Positions 21,482 through 24,815 of a DNA stretch of 24,815 nucleotides are shown piece after piece. The notes under the pieces were generated by a model that did not search any database, was not told the origin of the DNA, and was given only the letters and a program-made list of their open reading frames with translations. The DNA comes from Protoeuglena noctilucae (Eukaryota): the NCBI GenBank assembly GCA_958009085.1, contig OY253678.1, forward strand, positions 992,001-1,016,815, read 5' to 3'. The first letter of the stretch is position 1; every line of letters starts with the position of its first letter. Both the position numbers and the translations under genes were made by a program.

Positions 21482-23350
21482 TCAGCCGAGGTGGAGCGTG
21501 CGGCGGGTGGCGTCGGGCAGCGGCTGAGATGCCCCGCCGCTCGGTGGCCGGCTGGTCCAGCGGCTGGACAGGGGCGTGCTGCCGACCGTCCACATCCCCG
21601 ACCCGGGGGGCGCCAGGCCCAGGGCCGCATTGCGCTGCTCGAGCTTCCCCGCCACGAAAGCCACGAACTCCTCCATCGACACGCGGCCGTCCCCGTCGGC
21701 GTCCGCCGCCGCAAACATCAGGCTAGCCAGGTGCGCGGGCACGTCGGGCGCCACCTGCGTGACCAGTGCACGCATGCTGTTATCGCAAGAGACTGCTTTG
21801 CGTCTGCTGCCTCGCAGCAAACGGCGGGCCATATGCGCTGCTTATGACGATGCGTTCCATATTCGCTTGCCTGACGGAACGCGGCTGTGGCCTCCCGCAC
21901 ATCCAACGCGCCGTCCCCGTCCTCGTCGTAACAGGCGAAGATGCGCCGGGCGCGGACCATGGGATCCGCCGCCGCCACCCTCTGCTGCACGTGCTCCCAG
22001 AACTCTGGCCAAAACACCCTGCGTGTGACAGACACGCCAGCAGGGTATGTCCTGCTTCCCACACTCTAATACTCCGGCTTCTTTCACTGCGGGTTCCGAC
22101 ACATGCTGCCAACTCGCAAGCAGTCGCAGATGAGGGCGAGCAAGGCCTCGGCAGCCGGGGTGCGCCCTTGCCTTTCCCTGGGGCACTTCTTGAGCAGCGC
22201 CCCCATCTCAACCGCGGACGGCTTGCGGCCCAGCACGGCCGTCAGCGCACACTTGGTCTCGTGCGAGCCCATCCACCCCTTGCTGCCCTCGTCGTACAGC
22301 GTGAACGCCTCCCTGCAACCACGGCCACAGACCCTGTGCTCTCGGCACAAACCGGGTGCACTATGCACAGCCCGCCGCATGCACAGACTGGCCCGCATGG
22401 CGTTGGCCTCCACTTAAAAGTGCCACTCACCTGGCGTTGGCCTCCACCCATGAGTGCGACTCGCTGCGCCCCGCGTCCCGCGCTGTCCCCAGCTGTGCCG
22501 GCGGCCGCCCCAGGCCCTGCCTCTCCGCAGACGCCAGGTGGGGCAGGGGACTCAGAATGCGATCCGCGTGCGACAACCCTTGTTGGCCCCACTTGGTGCG
22601 GACGCTCAGGGCGGGGCTCTCACGGGCGCGCGTGGATGGCGCATTCTCATTCGCGTCGCCGGCCCTGTCCTCCGCACCCTCCATCATCTCCCTGCTCGCA
22701 GGACGGGGCTCGACGGTTGGGGGCGATAGCCGGGTCTGCAGTGCCAGGGGCAGTGTCAGGGGCAGGGTGGGTTAGGGACATGCTCCACCTCCGCGCACCT
22801 CAGACGGCGGCGGCTGGCCACGCGAGCCGAGAAGAGTCGGCTGAGCTCGGCCTCTCTGCGGCGTGCGGAAGGGGCACGTCAACTTGAGACCAGCTCCTGA
22901 TGACGGTGTAAACCCTGGGCAGGGCACAGAGCTCGGGCCTCACGTGTGGGTGCCTGGGGAGAGGCCGACGCCTGGCGATGGGGACGACGGGGATGCGGGG
23001 GACGGGCGGAGGCGTGCGACAGCTCGTGGAGTCAAATCCTCCGCGGATCCAGTCGCTACGGCATCGCGCAGGAGCCCCGCGGCCAGGCGGACGGCGCTGG
23101 GGCCGGCCCCAGGCGCGTCCACCGCGACGCGGGAGGGACGCCCGGAAGAGCGCGCGGACGACAGGGCTGCGGAGCTCATTTGCGGCCCGTAGATAGACGC
23201 GGCGGGGCTCGCCCGACGCGAATGGAGGAGCGACGGCGCCCGCGGGGGCGTGCGTGCCCATGCATCGTCGCCTCGGGGCGCCGGAGCCGGCGGAGGAACG
23301 CCCGATGCCCTCCTCGGGGTATCGTTTATCGATGGCAGGCGCTCACTCAT
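21482..23350 (-). CDS. EF-hand calcium-binding protein, EFCAB11-like, with long low-complexity N-terminal extension (~428 aa)
   Basis: Exons 23350-22944, 22855-22799, 22691-22431, 22312-22172, 22018-21871, 21754-21482, all phase consistent. Motifs EAFTLYDEGSKGWM, LGRKPSAVE, IFACYDEDGDGAL, AFRQVAP, FAAADADGDGRVSMEEF. The first three exons are less certain. Confidence 0.8.
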
Positions 23351-24003
23351 GTCCCCGGCCAGGACACGGGTCGCGGGGGCCGCCCTGCTGGGCTAACAAC
23401 GATTAAGGCGGGAAATCAGTGGTTCGCCTGCATCCGCTTGCCTCGGGGCTCTGCAACAGGGTCAGCTGCACTTTGGCTTAAGTGTAGGCACGTGTTTACA
23501 TCCGCACAGCTTTATCGCGTGGGGCCGAGCCCTGACGTCAGGCGGCCCGTCAGTCATCGATGGCATCCTCTGAGCCGCGATGTGGATGTGGAGACAGTGC
23601 ATGTCTGTGCACCCTCCCCGGTGACTCCTAAAGACCACACGCACGCAGGTACCCACCACCACGCGTGCCATGCTAGCCCAGGCACCTGGCGGCCCCGCAG
23701 CTGCGCAGTGCAGGCCCCGGCCATCACAACACAGCAGTGCCTTGCAGTGGATTCAACGTCGCATCTGAAGCAGTAGATTGGTAGAGAGGTCAGCAACTCT
23801 GCACTCTTCACACAACACCAATACACAACAGAGCATCCCCTCGCTGTGCACGAGATGTCGGCCGGCACATCGCTGCTGCGGGGACGGATGCGGGGACACC
23901 TCAGGGCACGCGCCTGCGCTACTGAACGCCACAGCGGAGGCGAGGATGGCGTGACGCACAGCGTCGCATCTCGGGCTCACCTCGAGGCGCCAAGGGTCCC
24001 CGC

Positions 24004-24519
24004 TCAACAACGAAACGCAGACCCCTTCTTGCACCGAGACAGCGTGCACTCGCTGTGCGTGAGGGTGCTGTTGCCGACGCGGCAAAGGCCGTACTGCTTG
24101 CAGTCGGCAATCTCCACGCCCACCACCTCCGCATGCCCTCCCTTCTTGAAATACACACCGTGCAACTCCTTGGACCCCGCGATGTGCCCCCCTTGCACCG
24201 TCACCCTGCTACCCACGCCATCGCAGAAAACGTCACTGGGGTTGCAGTCGGCGATCTCCACGCCCACTAAGTCTACGTGACCGCCCCTTCGGCAGTGCAC
24301 CCCGTCACCCTTCTGGGACCCTGTGATGTGGCCCCTCTGAACCATCACCCTGCTAACCTCGCCATCGCACAAGACACCGCTCTGCTTGCTGTCGGCGATG
24401 ACCGTGCCCTCCATCTCTGCCTCACCACCCTCCCCACAACACAACCCGTGACCCTTGTTTGACCCCGTGATGCGCCCCCCACGGACCACCACCCTGCTGC
24501 CCTGGCTAGCACATGTCAG
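24004..24519 (-). pseudogene. 5'-truncated right-handed parallel beta-helix (pectin-lyase-like) repeat ORF abutting the telomere
   Basis: About 3.5 copies of a 144-bp/48-aa unit (GVxCxGxxSRVxVxxGxIxGS...GVxCxxGGxxxxxGxxIAD). The open frame has no upstream in-frame ATG and runs into telomeric repeats, with TAA at 24531-24529. Confidence 0.75.
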
Positions 24520-24815
24520 GGTTAGGTTTTAGGGTTAGGTTAGTAGGTTAGGATTAGGGTAGTTTTTTTGGGTTAGTGGTTAGGGTTAGGGTTAGGTTAG
24601 GTTTAGGGTAGGTTTTGGGTTAGGGTTAGGGTTAGGGTTAGGGTTAGGGTTAGGGTTAGGGTTAGGGTTAGGGTTAGGGTTAGGGTTAGGGTTAGGGTTA
24701 GGGTTAGGGTTAGGGTTAGGGTTAGGGTTAGGGTTAGGGTTAGGGTTAGGGTTAGGGTTAGGGTTAGGGTTAGGGTTAGGGTTAGGGTTAGGGTTAGGGT
24801 TAGGGTTAGGTTAGG
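24516..24815 (+). repeat. Telomere (TTAGGG)n, G-strand on +, with degenerate proximal repeats
   Basis: 31 perfect TTAGGG units at 24620-24805; variant units (TCAGGG, TTAGG, TTTAGGG, TTTTAGGG, TTAGGA, TTTTGGG) at 24516-24619; terminates the window. Confidence 0.98.

Noticed and set aside
981..22943. Introner-like mobile introns explaining the GC donors
   Set aside because: By eye, the introns share no internal sequence, uniform length or terminal repeats
140..24492. Many long overlapping ORFs in the six-frame track (e.g. 16664-18358, 11690-13006, 4609-5643)
   Set aside because: Shadow or read-through ORFs expected at high GC; the real coding parts are explained by the spliced models
24100..24500. 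144-bp periodic repeats as CRISPR or satellite
   Set aside because: The unit is a multiple of 3 with codon-type divergence and encodes a protein repeat; there are no repeat-spacer structures or cas genes

Overview
Gene-dense, GC-rich end of a eukaryotic nuclear chromosome, almost certainly from a green alga (nuclear intron-containing petC and PSRP1 with transit peptides), ending in a (TTAGGG)n telomere. I reconstructed exon/intron structures by hand. Eight spliced genes alternate strand: SMG1-like NMD PIKK (+, interrupted by a 200-N gap where the kinase domain should be), petC (-), bZIP factor (+), EF1B-gamma-class GST (-), divergent Oxa1/Cox18 insertase (+), FHA protein (-), PSRP1/HPF (+) and EFCAB11-like EF-hand protein (-). 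A 5'-truncated beta-helix repeat ORF is fused directly to the telomere. Most notable: about 12 of 41 inferred introns use GC donors (mostly AG|GCRAG), several forced by conserved domains. Also notable are the apparent telomere healing inside a coding repeat, a duplicated frameshifting acceptor in SMG1, and a G/C-skew sawtooth phased to SMG1 splice sites. All models are inferred without RNA data. No CRISPR, RNA gene or mobile element was seen.
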